Assembly (NCBI GenBank): GCA_049303905.1
Contig: JBAQNP010000005.1
Location: forward strand, 1-59,654
Source of the DNA: Candidatus Moraniibacteriota bacterium
GTDB lineage: Bacteria; Patescibacteriota; Minisyncoccia; Moranbacterales; UBA2206
Length of the DNA: 59,654 bases
Direction of reading: 5' to 3'
Shown: piece by piece, positions 9,401 through 16,167 of the stretch
Layout: every line of letters begins with the position of its first letter
Numbering within the stretch: the stretch's first letter is position 1
Notes under the pieces: generated by a model
Seen by the model: only the letters and a program-made list of their open reading frames with translations
Told to the model about the DNA's origin: nothing
Databases searched by the model: none
Position numbers and translations under genes: made by a program

Positions 9401-9435
9401 TCTCTTGCTCCTTTGATAATAATCTCGTCTTGCAT
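6433..9435 (-). CDS. uvrA: excinuclease ABC subunit A
   Basis: 1000-aa ORF with two ABC ATPase modules (GISGSGKSTLAFDT and GVSGSGKSTLVEDV; LSGGEAQRI twice) and zinc-finger cysteines (CPECG, CPACEG, CDNCQGDG). Confidence 0.97.
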   Translation of the reverse strand: MQDEIIIKGAREHNLKNIDLKLPRNKFIVFTGISGSGKSTLAFDTIFAEGQRRYLESLSSYARQFLGQMDKPDVDYIEGLSPAISIDQKAASHNPRSTVGTVTEIQDYLRLLYAKIGIPHCPECGQEITKLSTDEIVDRIIDMCIPQPHPPRKGGAPSPYKGEGDNEKSCFVEILSPVVRQRKGEYGTMLSEMFRRGYSLAYVNGKKIELNAKIKEQMKLEKYKKHSIDILVDEVEITDKNISRIFEGVEKALKLSEGLVKIRSKVKGQKSKVNEMVFNQNLACPIHEIEFPEIEPRLFSFNSPYGACPACEGLGTKKEIDPQLVAPDKNKTIAEGAIMPWSYKKNNWQGTILRAVTNYFHISENTRLRDLSEEDFNILLYGDRDAKDMISSDEAPASTRGDDRSSTRGGEQIPVTLRSKTGAVWKYNMNWRGAVGYLQDKYKKTQSDSVRADTEKYMSQNPCSECLGARYKKEVLLVTVHGKNISEISSVSIFEALKFFREIKFSQKEELIAGRILVEIKNRLSFLENVGLGYLTLGRSAATLAGGEAQRIRLASQIGSQLVGVLYILDEPSVGLHARDNTKLLETLLRLRDIGNTLIVVEHDEETMLAADHLVDIGPGAGRHGGEIIASGTPQEVLKSKKSLTAKYLRKELSIEIPTSRRSMKNKKSIIVRGAREHNLKNVTVEFPLKVLTCVTGVSGSGKSTLVEDVLYKSLARDIMRTLDRPGKHNEIVGAHYINKVIMIDQSPIGRTPRSNPATYTGLFTPIRELFAQTRDGKSRGYSPGRFSFNVKGGRCDNCQGDGQLKIEMQFMPDVYLPCDICSGKRYNSETLKVKYKEKNIAEVLDLTITDAREFFQNFPEIHDKLAVLEDVGLGYIQLGQSATTLSGGEAQRIKLATELSRRATGDTLYILDEPTTGLHFDDIKKLLKVLNRLVDAGNTVVVIEHNMDVIKTADWIIDLGPEGGDGGGKLIVSGTPEEVAKYHKESWTGKYLKEVLSRK
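8210..8248. repeat. dispersed repeat family B, copy 2 (inside uvrA, in frame)
   Basis: cctcgcgtcgacgagcgatcgtctccgcgagtcgaggcg is translated as ASTRGDDRSSTRG. Confidence 0.85.
8615..8650. repeat. tandem low-complexity repeat family F, copy 1 (inside uvrA, in frame)
   Basis: ttgacctttgacttttgacctttgacttttgacctt is translated as KVKGQKSKV. The same gtcaaaag-type motif forms the intergenic palindrome at 38091..38176. Confidence 0.75.
8943..9001. repeat. dispersed palindromic repeat family A, copy 3 (inside uvrA, in frame)
   Basis: ctccttctcctttataaggagaaggtgccccgcctttgcggggcggatgaggttgaggg forms two hairpins. It is translated as PQPHPPRKGGAPSPYKGEGD. Confidence 0.85.
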
Positions 9436-9455
9436 ATTTTTTATAATTTTATCTT

Positions 9456-9490
9456 ATTCGTACATTCGTACAGATTCGTAATTCGTAAGG
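9456..9490. repeat. short tandem ATTCGTA-type repeat (family D), copy 1
   Basis: attcgtacattcgtacagattcgtaattcgtaagg lies just upstream of the uvrA start. Related ttcgca/ttcgta clusters occur at 18485 and 20432. Confidence 0.7.
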
Positions 9491-9613
9491 AAAACCAAAA
9501 ACCTTCCCCTTTTGAGGTACTTAGTATTTAGTTATTATCTCTCAGTCATATTACACCTTAGGCTATAAATATATTCCTGGCAAATATTTTATTACAGTTA
9601 AAAATTCATTTTT

Positions 9614-9668
9614 TCCCTCTCTCCCTTTGGGAGAGATGTCCCGATGTACTCATCGGGACAGAGAGGGA
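9614..9668. repeat. family A structured repeat, copy 4 (intergenic, flanks the DUF559 gene)
   Basis: tccctctctccctttgggagagatgtcccgatgtactcatcgggacagagaggga has an outer stem tccctctc/gagaggga enclosing two inner hairpins. Confidence 0.85.
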
Positions 9669-9674
9669 ACGAAC

Positions 9675-10034
9675 TTACAAAAATTCTTCGATCTTTATAA
9701 ATACTTCGACTAAGTTATCGTTAACTTCATTATTCCAAAATCTTATTATTCTAAATCCTTGTTTTTCTAAAAATTCAGTTCTTGTTTTGTCATATCTTTC
9801 TTGATTTTCTTCTTTGTGTTGCCAGCCATCTAATTCTATTATTAGTTTTTTGTCTAAACATATAAAATCAACAATATACTTTCCAATCTGATGTTGTCTT
9901 CTGAATTTTAGGTTATGGAATTTTTTGGCACGAAGATGAGACCAAAGAATTATTTCTTGCGGTGTGGAATTTTTTCTTAGATTTCTGTTTCTTTCTAGGG
10001 TTTGCTTGAATAATTTTGTTTTTATTCTTTTCAT
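9675..10034 (-). CDS. DUF559 (Vsr-like endonuclease fold) domain protein
   Basis: 119-aa ORF: ..NLRKNSTPQEIILWSHLRAKKFHNLKFRRQHQIGKYIVDFICLDKKLIIELDGWQH...RIIRFWNNEV, the typical DUF559 pattern. Confidence 0.85.
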   Translation of the reverse strand: MKRIKTKLFKQTLERNRNLRKNSTPQEIILWSHLRAKKFHNLKFRRQHQIGKYIVDFICLDKKLIIELDGWQHKEENQERYDKTRTEFLEKQGFRIIRFWNNEVNDNLVEVFIKIEEFL

Positions 10035-10040
10035 TTGGTC

Positions 10041-10097
10041 TTTTCCCTCTCCTGTCCGGAGTACCGGACATCCTCTCCCTAAGGGAGAGGTGGAAAA
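10041..10097. repeat. family A structured repeat, copy 5 (intergenic, flanks the DUF559 gene)
   Basis: ttttccctctcctgtccggagtaccggacatcctctccctaagggagaggtggaaaa contains the hairpins tgtccgg/ccggaca and cctctccc/gggagagg. Confidence 0.85.
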
Positions 10098-10133
10098 TTA
10101 TTTTTTATTTGTAATTTTTATTCTAATCAAGCG

Positions 10134-10802
10134 CTACAGAGTCACAAACTTCACTGGCAAAACTTTTTTGAAAATTCCGGCGATGAGAATTGAATCAGAT
10201 GAATGAATGAAAATTGGTTGATGGATTGTGTTAGTAGATTTTGGAAAAAGTCCAATGATGTCCGAGCTAACTTTTTTGTACCGCTTAATGGTTGCCATGC
10301 CATTTATAACTGCCACCACAATCTTTCCTTCAAGATCTTCCCCGCTAGAATATTCGTATTTTTCAAAAATAGCATAATCCCCGTCGTTAATTCCGTCTTT
10401 ATCCATCGAATCCCCTAATGTTTTCACCGCAAAAAGTTGAGCACTATCACTTCCGCGAAAAAGCGCTTTGGAAATTTGCAAAAATCCATCGACATTATCT
10501 TGCGCATAAGCCAAAGCTTCACCACAAGAAGCCAGACCATAAACAGGAATGGAGAAAATATTTTTGAGATTGGCAAAGCTTTCATTTTCCACTAAATATA
10601 CTTTTCTATCTTTGTCTCTTTTGATCAAATCTTTTTTCTCCAAAGCTTCTATCACTTGCATCACCGATTTCAAACTATCTCGCACACCTTGTGACTCTAA
10701 ATATTTATGCAATTTATAGCTAGTTGGGTTTTCCCCGCGTTGCGAAATTAGTTCGCGGATGTTTTCCAAAATACTTTGTTGCTTGGCTGTGAGTGTTGGC
10801 AT
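10134..10802 (-). CDS. lexA: LexA-like S24 repressor
   Basis: 222-aa ORF with an N-terminal wHTH (LTAKQQSILENIRELISQRGENPTSYKL). The C-terminal S24 peptidase has GDSM (Ser) and ATIKRYKK (Lys), with a linker ..LASCGEALAYA. Confidence 0.9.
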   Translation of the reverse strand: MPTLTAKQQSILENIRELISQRGENPTSYKLHKYLESQGVRDSLKSVMQVIEALEKKDLIKRDKDRKVYLVENESFANLKNIFSIPVYGLASCGEALAYAQDNVDGFLQISKALFRGSDSAQLFAVKTLGDSMDKDGINDGDYAIFEKYEYSSGEDLEGKIVVAVINGMATIKRYKKVSSDIIGLFPKSTNTIHQPIFIHSSDSILIAGIFKKVLPVKFVTL

Positions 10803-10813
10803 ATTTTTTTATT

Positions 10814-10875
10814 TGTCATGCTGAATTTATTTCAGCATCTTTTTTTATTAGATCCTGAAACGAGTTCAGGATGAC
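10814..10875. repeat. MITE-like dispersed repeat family C, copy 1
   Basis: tgtcatgctgaatttatttcagcatct...gatcctgaaacgagttcaggatgaca has terminal inverted ends tgtcat../..atgaca and two internal hairpins. It lies in the lexA 5' leader. Confidence 0.8.
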
Positions 10876-10891
10876 AAGTTATTATTATTTA

Positions 10892-10924
10892 CAGTGATAT
10901 TCTAGCACTTCTTCCTTATCACTG
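10892..10924 (-). promoter_or_regulatory. candidate lexA promoter with a flanking inverted repeat (possible operator)
   Basis: The minus strand reads CAGTGATAaggaagaagTGcTAGAATATCACTG. This is a perfect 8-bp inverted repeat spaced by 17 nt that embeds an extended -10 (TGnTAGAAT), about 90 nt upstream of the lexA ATG. Confidence 0.45.
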
Positions 10925-10946
10925 CAAGTACCCCCCCTGTGGATAA

Positions 10947-11016
10947 CTTTACCCCATTGAATAATTTTGCTTTAACAAAATAAAAAATGTACTCATTTTT
11001 TATTCAACAGGGTGAA
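10947..11016 (-). repeat. 70-bp hairpin module, copy 1 (degenerate left arm)
   Basis: About 94 percent identical to 11064..11133 and offset by 117 bp. The left arm accccattgaataa has two mismatches to the right arm ttattcaacagggt. Confidence 0.8.
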
Positions 11017-11026
11017 TTTAACAAAA

Positions 11027-11053
11027 AAAATCCCCATTTTATTGGGGATTTTT
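11027..11053 (-). terminator. intrinsic terminator-like hairpin (bidirectional A/T flanks)
   Basis: aaaatccccattttattggggattttt lies between the two 70-bp modules, downstream of the minus-strand gene 11142..12176. Confidence 0.6.
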
Positions 11054-11063
11054 ACGCTTTATA

Positions 11064-11133
11064 CTTTACCCTGTTGAATAATTTTGCTTTAGCAAAATAA
11101 AAAATTTACTCATTTTTTATTCAACAGGGTGAA
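11064..11133 (-). repeat. 70-bp hairpin module, copy 2 (perfect 14-bp stem)
   Basis: accctgttgaataa (11068-11081) pairs perfectly with ttattcaacagggt (11117-11130). An inner hairpin ttttgc/gcaaaa is present. The module starts 8 nt after the stop of 11142..12176. Confidence 0.8.
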
Positions 11134-11141
11134 CTTTCTAC

Positions 11142-12176
11142 TTAATTACAGCTTCCACCCTGAGTTGTAGTTGTGCTAGTATTAAGAACTTTCGCACATT
11201 CAGCCGGCGCAGTATTGAAAGCCGCACAGATAGCTTGTTTATAACTTTCTGAATCAGCATATTTATAAACAGCTTTAGTTGAAACACCATTAATTAGCAT
11301 TGTTGGTGAACCACTCGCCTGCGCATCAGTAGAAATCTTTTCATCCGCTTTCATAAGAGCAACTCCTTCCGCTTTTACACAAGCAGCAATCTTAGCCGAG
11401 TTTAGACCAACGCTCTTTGCGCCCGCTTCCCAACAAGCTCCATCTGATCCACAATTCTTGTTGACATAAACCACAAAATTCATCCACTTGTCTTTACCAA
11501 AATATTTGAGCACACAAGCTTCTCTTTCATTTTGTACTACTTCCGGTTCTCCGTGTAAAGAATTTATAGTATCTCCGTTAGAACTCACGATATAACGAAA
11601 ATTGAAATCAACTTTGTTTTTCAAAAGTTCATAAACTGGTTTCATTGTATCTTCAGCTTTGTTGCCATAAGGACAAAAACTCATCACAAACAAATCAACC
11701 TTTGGTTTGTCAGTTTTTGGGACTTCCTTTTCTGCCTCAGCTTCTTTTTTCTTGCTTTCTTCAATTTGCTTTTTTGTTTCTTCTATATCCATCGGAGCGC
11801 TTGGAAAGAACTTTTTTCCATCCAATGAAAGATAAGAATCGATTTCTTGCGTCTCCTCGCCTTCGCCAATTTTTACTTTCACCTTAAACATTCCATTTTC
11901 TTTTTTCACTTCTGCTATTTCCGCTTTTGTTCCTTCTTGCATCAAATTATTATTGATGAAATCTTCTACATGCGCTTTGGCGGATTTTTGTGTCAAATTG
12001 TTTTTCTTCCACACTTTCTCATAGTATCCCACTCCAGCAATAAGAATAATTAAAATAATTACCCCGATTATTTGTGGCAAAAATTTCTTATATTTTTCGC
12101 AACCACACTTTCCCTTTTCACAGCAATCGGCTGTTTCTGCTGTTTCGGGTTCCTTTTTTTCTGTTTCCATTTCCAT
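11142..12176 (-). CDS. membrane-anchored thioredoxin-fold (DsbA-like) protein
   Basis: 344-aa ORF with a Cys-rich N-tail, one TM (IIGVIILIILIAGVGYY), and the thioredoxin-like VDLFVMSFCPYGNKAED active-site context with further conserved Cys. Confidence 0.7.
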   Translation of the reverse strand: MEMETEKKEPETAETADCCEKGKCGCEKYKKFLPQIIGVIILIILIAGVGYYEKVWKKNNLTQKSAKAHVEDFINNNLMQEGTKAEIAEVKKENGMFKVKVKIGEGEETQEIDSYLSLDGKKFFPSAPMDIEETKKQIEESKKKEAEAEKEVPKTDKPKVDLFVMSFCPYGNKAEDTMKPVYELLKNKVDFNFRYIVSSNGDTINSLHGEPEVVQNEREACVLKYFGKDKWMNFVVYVNKNCGSDGACWEAGAKSVGLNSAKIAACVKAEGVALMKADEKISTDAQASGSPTMLINGVSTKAVYKYADSESYKQAICAAFNTAPAECAKVLNTSTTTTQGGSCN

Positions 12177-12342
12177 AATTTTTTATTATTTAACTAATTA
12201 CTTAATTACTGTTCCTATATTATAAATAATCACTCAATTTAACGCAAGTGGTCGATTTTTTTGGTTTTTTGGGAAATAAATAAGAGAGCATGACAAATGT
12301 TTGTCAGCTCCCCGCGTAAATACGCATTGTTTTTTTTCTTTC

Positions 12343-12540
12343 TTAAAAGGTTGCTTGGCGCGGTTTATCCAAAAAACCGCCGCCAGGAGCTCTTGGTACC
12401 CCTAAAGCATCTTTCGTTTGAAAAATTATAATTCCTTCTCCGAAATAAGCATCGTTTGCTTTTTCCATAAGCTTAAATCTCGTATGCTTACTTATGGAAG
12501 AAAAAATTATTTTTTCTAAAATTTCTCTCATCTCACTCAC
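12343..12540 (-). CDS. hypothetical small protein
   Basis: 65-aa ORF preceded by an SD-like aaagggtgag 4-5 nt upstream. It has no recognisable motif. Confidence 0.3.
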   Translation of the reverse strand: MSEMREILEKIIFSSISKHTRFKLMEKANDAYFGEGIIIFQTKDALGVPRAPGGGFLDKPRQATF

Positions 12541-12566
12541 CCTTTTCCTTTTTAGAGGTTAAAGAA

Positions 12567-12597
12567 CAAAAAATCACGCCTAAACAATAGCGTGATT
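12567..12597 (-). terminator. intrinsic terminator downstream of hepT
   Basis: The minus strand reads aatcacgc-tattgtttag-gcgtgattttttg. Confidence 0.55.
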
Positions 12598-12794
12598 ACC
12601 CATAAATAATTTTGTATTTATTTTAAAAATAAAACAAAACATATTTTTTACCCCGTGGAATAATTTCTCAATAATCCTCAGGTATTTTATAAACTAATTT
12701 GTTTTTCTATTTTTATTCACTTTGTGCGTCCGTATTCCATGGGGTGAAATTTTATTTTTTATTTCCCCCGAAACCCGTAAGTCAAATTTATATT

Positions 12795-13091
12795 TTAATC
12801 AACAAACTTTTCAAGTGCATTTTTCAGAACTTGTGTATCTTCTGTCGCAGTTTTCCATACTGCCATCAGATCTACTCCGAAATAATCATGAATCAATTTA
12901 TCCCTCATTCCACATATTTCTTTCCAAGGTATTTCCGAAACAGAATCGCGCAACTCATCAGACAATCTTTTCGATGCTTCTCCTATAATTTCCAATTTTC
13001 TCATAACACCGTCCTGAACAAGAATATTTTTTGAAAAACTATCAAAATCCAATCCGTTGGTATAACTTTCTATATCAACAATAGCTTTCAT
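12795..13091 (-). CDS. hepT: HepT-like (DUF86) RNase toxin with no cognate MNT partner
   Basis: 98-aa ORF with the RX4HXY motif (GMRDKLIHDYFGVD) and an overall DUF86 layout (KLEIIGEASKRL...). Confidence 0.8.
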   Translation of the reverse strand: MKAIVDIESYTNGLDFDSFSKNILVQDGVMRKLEIIGEASKRLSDELRDSVSEIPWKEICGMRDKLIHDYFGVDLMAVWKTATEDTQVLKNALEKFVD

Positions 13092-13097
13092 TATATG

Positions 13098-14170
13098 TAG
13101 GACTTACGCGTTTGCCAAATAATCAGCAGTTGCCATTCTAGATATCGACCATTTCTGTTCATACCAAGAAATACCATTCTGGATACGTTCCCATTCCAAT
13201 TTCAGGAATGCGAGAAACGCGCACAGAATATGATTTCTTTGGGATCGTTCCAGTGTCGAATAGCACCTTTCAATTCCGCAACATTGTTTAATTCCTCGAT
13301 GGAAAGTTTCTATCTTCCAGCGACAGTCGCTATGGCTTTTTAATGTCTCAAAATCAGTGAGAGACAAATCATTCGTGGCTACGTAGGTAATGTCTCCGTT
13401 TGTGAAGACAATCTTACTGACCAGAACGAAACCATAGGCCTTGAGCCAGACTTTGTGGACTTGTTTTTTAGTCCAATCCAAATCTGACACTGAGAGATAG
13501 GTTCCTTGAACCAAGGAAACCAAACGATTTGATTTTAAAGCGGCAATCCATTTCCAGTTTTTCTTGTTAATATTTTTCAGATTTTCGATGGAAGAATACC
13601 AACTGTCCATAAGCACGTAATCTGGTTGAAACCCTCTATTTTCCGCATAATCCAACATATCTTGCGCGTGATCATTCTTGGTTTTCCCATCTCGAGTCAG
13701 ATCATACACTCGATAATCGACAGGAATAATTTTCTCACTATCCGTCCAAAGCATGTTGACCAGATTTATACCATTTGCCAAGCCATGATGTTTGCCGGAA
13801 TATTGTTTTTTGACTAACGCCATTTCTCTAGCATAGGGTTTATCTAGGAGAGTATCGTCGATCACTAAATACCCACTTTTCATTTCCACCATCGACTGAC
13901 TTTCTTTCCAGACAATTTTCGGAGTTAATTTGTTTTTTGATAACCAACGGTTAACCGAATCGTGAGACATTTCCAGTGGAGCAACTTTGCTCAACTCTAA
14001 ACCAGAATATTGTTTCTGGGAGGCGATTAAAAAATCAACGTACAAATCCAATGAACATTTTTGGTGCTGCATAGTGATAATGATAATTTTTAATTTTTGT
14101 TTTACCCCCGTGGGTATATTATCTCATTATCACTAAACAGAATCAAATTTAATCAAACGCGTAAGTCCTA
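13098..14170 (-). mobile_element. insertion sequence (IS701/IS4-like) with perfect 17-bp terminal inverted repeats
   Basis: taggacttacgcgtttg at 13098-13114 is the exact reverse complement of caaacgcgtaagtccta at 14154-14170. The repeats enclose a single DDE transposase ORF. No direct target duplication is visible. Confidence 0.85.
13104..14072 (-). CDS. DDE transposase (IS701/IS4-like)
   Basis: 322-aa ORF with LVIDDTLLDKPYA...YSGKHHG, VLMDSWYSS and WKIETFHRGIKQCCGIE...H, the expected D, D, E-region signatures. Confidence 0.85.
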   Translation of the reverse strand: MQHQKCSLDLYVDFLIASQKQYSGLELSKVAPLEMSHDSVNRWLSKNKLTPKIVWKESQSMVEMKSGYLVIDDTLLDKPYAREMALVKKQYSGKHHGLANGINLVNMLWTDSEKIIPVDYRVYDLTRDGKTKNDHAQDMLDYAENRGFQPDYVLMDSWYSSIENLKNINKKNWKWIAALKSNRLVSLVQGTYLSVSDLDWTKKQVHKVWLKAYGFVLVSKIVFTNGDITYVATNDLSLTDFETLKSHSDCRWKIETFHRGIKQCCGIERCYSTLERSQRNHILCAFLAFLKLEWERIQNGISWYEQKWSISRMATADYLANA

Positions 14171-14242
14171 TCTTTATTAAACATAAGAAAGTTTAGAGAT
14201 AAAAGTATATTTTAAAAAAAGACAATTATTTGTCAAAATTAC

Positions 14243-14271
14243 TTGACTTTTAAATATAAAAGGAGTAATAT
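14243..14271 (+). promoter_or_regulatory. sigma70-like promoter for the AAA ATPase operon
   Basis: TTGACT, a 17-nt spacer, then TAATAT, about 40 nt upstream of the ATG at 14312. Confidence 0.5.
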
Positions 14272-14311
14272 ATGAATATTATTACTAATAAGTGTAATTT
14301 TATATACAAAT

Positions 14312-15589
14312 ATGTTAATAACAAGAATCAAGGCAAGTAACTTTTATGGGATTAATGACCCAATAGAGGTATCATTTACAGAGGGTGGTGAAAAAGAAAA
14401 AATAGGATATGTAAATAAAGGAAAAGAAAGAGTCTCTCTTATTTCTGGTTTTTATGGTGCCAATGCCTCAGGTAAAAGCACAGTATTAAATATTATTGAT
14501 ACTGTAGCTAGAATTATGGTTTCAAAACAGCAGGAATTTGTACTTGCTCCCAATGGAATAAAACAAGAAACTGTCATATCTCTTCCTAACTACACTATCG
14601 CGATGCAAAAAAAGCCCATAGTAATGGAGATGGATTTTATCATCGAAGAAGATAAGTATAATTACGCCGTTTCTATTATAAATGAAGGTAAAGAGATTTC
14701 AGAGGAAGTATTACAAAAAAACAATAAAAAAATCTATAGCAGAAAAGATCATACAATATTATTTGAAAGTAATATAGAGAAAAATATAGGCACTTTAGCG
14801 AAAAATATTATAGCCCCGAAGAAATCTTCTTTTCTTTCAGTGATTTTAGATGATAATTCTGATGTGTCTGTATTTGCAAATATCAAAAAAGAGATTGGTA
14901 TCTCTAATCTTAATCAAGTAAAAACTAATTTCTGTTTTATCACCGACAAGAGAACTGTTCAGGCGGGACAAAATAATTTAAACGGATTATTTGCCTTTGC
15001 AATCAATTATCTCAATAGCAATGATGCTCAAAGACAAAATGAGATGCTTGGCACAGTTAACTCCATAGTGAAATATTTTGAGCCGTCTTTTGAAAGTCTT
15101 GTTATTAAAAAAGAAAGCGATGTTAATCCTATAGATAAATTTTTCGCCTTCACTTACGAGGCAAAATATAGCAACTTCTATAAGAATCTTGGTGTTACTG
15201 AACTTTCTGCTGGAACACGCGAACTCATAGCATACATAGGTGATATTCTTAGAATATTAAAAATAGGTGGTATTGTTGTTTATGACGAAACCAGCAAATT
15301 CTATCATCCAGATATGGAGATTGCTATCCTTAATCTTTTTAAAGATAAAGATATAAATAAAAATAATGCTCAGATATTCTTTTCTTCACACAATCACGAA
15401 ACCTTTGATCTTTTACAAAATGATCAAGCGCATATCTTAGAGAAAAAAAATGACAATATTGTTATATCAAAAGTATCGGACTACGGTGTCAAAGAGAGAG
15501 ATAATGTAAAAAGAATCTATCGCCTTGGCTCCCTTGGCGGAGTTCCGGATACTATCGATTTCAGTAGAATTATAAATAATCTCTTATAA
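14312..15589 (+). CDS. AAA_21/ABC-type ATPase (AbiLi/RloA-like defence ATPase)
   Basis: 425-aa ORF with Walker A GANASGKST, signature-like LSAGTRELI, Walker B GGIVVYDETS and H-loop FFSSHNHE. It is separated by a 4-nt gap (15590-15593) from the following small gene. Confidence 0.85.
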   Translation: MLITRIKASNFYGINDPIEVSFTEGGEKEKIGYVNKGKERVSLISGFYGANASGKSTVLNIIDTVARIMVSKQQEFVLAPNGIKQETVISLPNYTIAMQKKPIVMEMDFIIEEDKYNYAVSIINEGKEISEEVLQKNNKKIYSRKDHTILFESNIEKNIGTLAKNIIAPKKSSFLSVILDDNSDVSVFANIKKEIGISNLNQVKTNFCFITDKRTVQAGQNNLNGLFAFAINYLNSNDAQRQNEMLGTVNSIVKYFEPSFESLVIKKESDVNPIDKFFAFTYEAKYSNFYKNLGVTELSAGTRELIAYIGDILRILKIGGIVVYDETSKFYHPDMEIAILNLFKDKDINKNNAQIFFSSHNHETFDLLQNDQAHILEKKNDNIVISKVSDYGVKERDNVKRIYRLGSLGGVPDTIDFSRIINNLL

Positions 15590-15593
15590 GCTT

Positions 15594-16166
15594 ATGAATA
15601 CAAAAAAAAGCTTTAAGATATATTATTTATTACTTGTAGAAGGAACAACAGAATTTAATCTTTTTGCTTATTTAACTAAAAATAAGTTTAGGGATGATTT
15701 TGAAAAATCAAATATAAAATTTAGTGACAAGATAAATATTACAGACATCGGCATATCAAAAGGAAAATTAAACGGCTTCGGAAATTTGTCTTCATTTAAA
15801 AGAAAATACAATTCCATAAAAAAAGACATTGCATATAAAGGAGAAAAATTATTTTTTGTTATTGATAAAGATTTAAATGATTCATTGGCAATAGAGAAAT
15901 TGATTAAAGAAAATAATGATATTGTTCAATTTGTGGAATATAATTCTGAATATTTACTATTAAGATTTGGAGGCAAAAATCCTAAGAGACCTTCGGATTT
16001 CACTAATCTGGCGGATTTTAGAAATTATTGTAAGTCAGAGTTTCAAAAACAATTTAAAAAGAAAGCTTCGGAATTCAAAGACTATGATTTTGATTTAGTA
16101 TTTAGTAATATTGAAGATATAAAAATACGTAAAAGTTTTAGTGAATTATTCTCTACGCTTCAGTAA
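15594..16166 (+). CDS. RloB-like / DUF4276-like Toprim-type partner protein
   Basis: 190-aa ORF with LLLVEGTTEFNLF (the EG..TE motif), FFVIDKD (the D.D motif) and VEYNSEYLLLRF (similar to SNP.FE.W.L.H of RloB). Family assignment is by eye only. Confidence 0.6.
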   Translation: MNTKKSFKIYYLLLVEGTTEFNLFAYLTKNKFRDDFEKSNIKFSDKINITDIGISKGKLNGFGNLSSFKRKYNSIKKDIAYKGEKLFFVIDKDLNDSLAIEKLIKENNDIVQFVEYNSEYLLLRFGGKNPKRPSDFTNLADFRNYCKSEFQKQFKKKASEFKDYDFDLVFSNIEDIKIRKSFSELFSTLQ

Positions 16167-16167
16167 G

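Noticed and set aside
9456-9490. Whether any of the short repeat clusters (attcgta x4 here, catgaaa x4 at 41462, ttgaccttt at 8615, family A/B/C copies) form a CRISPR array.
   Set aside because: There is no series of identical 25-40 bp repeats with regularly sized unique spacers. Copies are either contiguous micro-tandems or dispersed kilobases apart, and no cas genes are present.
12699-13034. Plus-strand ORFs 12699..13034 and 12722..12988.
   Set aside because: They are antisense to the HepT ORF, which carries the RX4HXY motif, and their translations are low-complexity.
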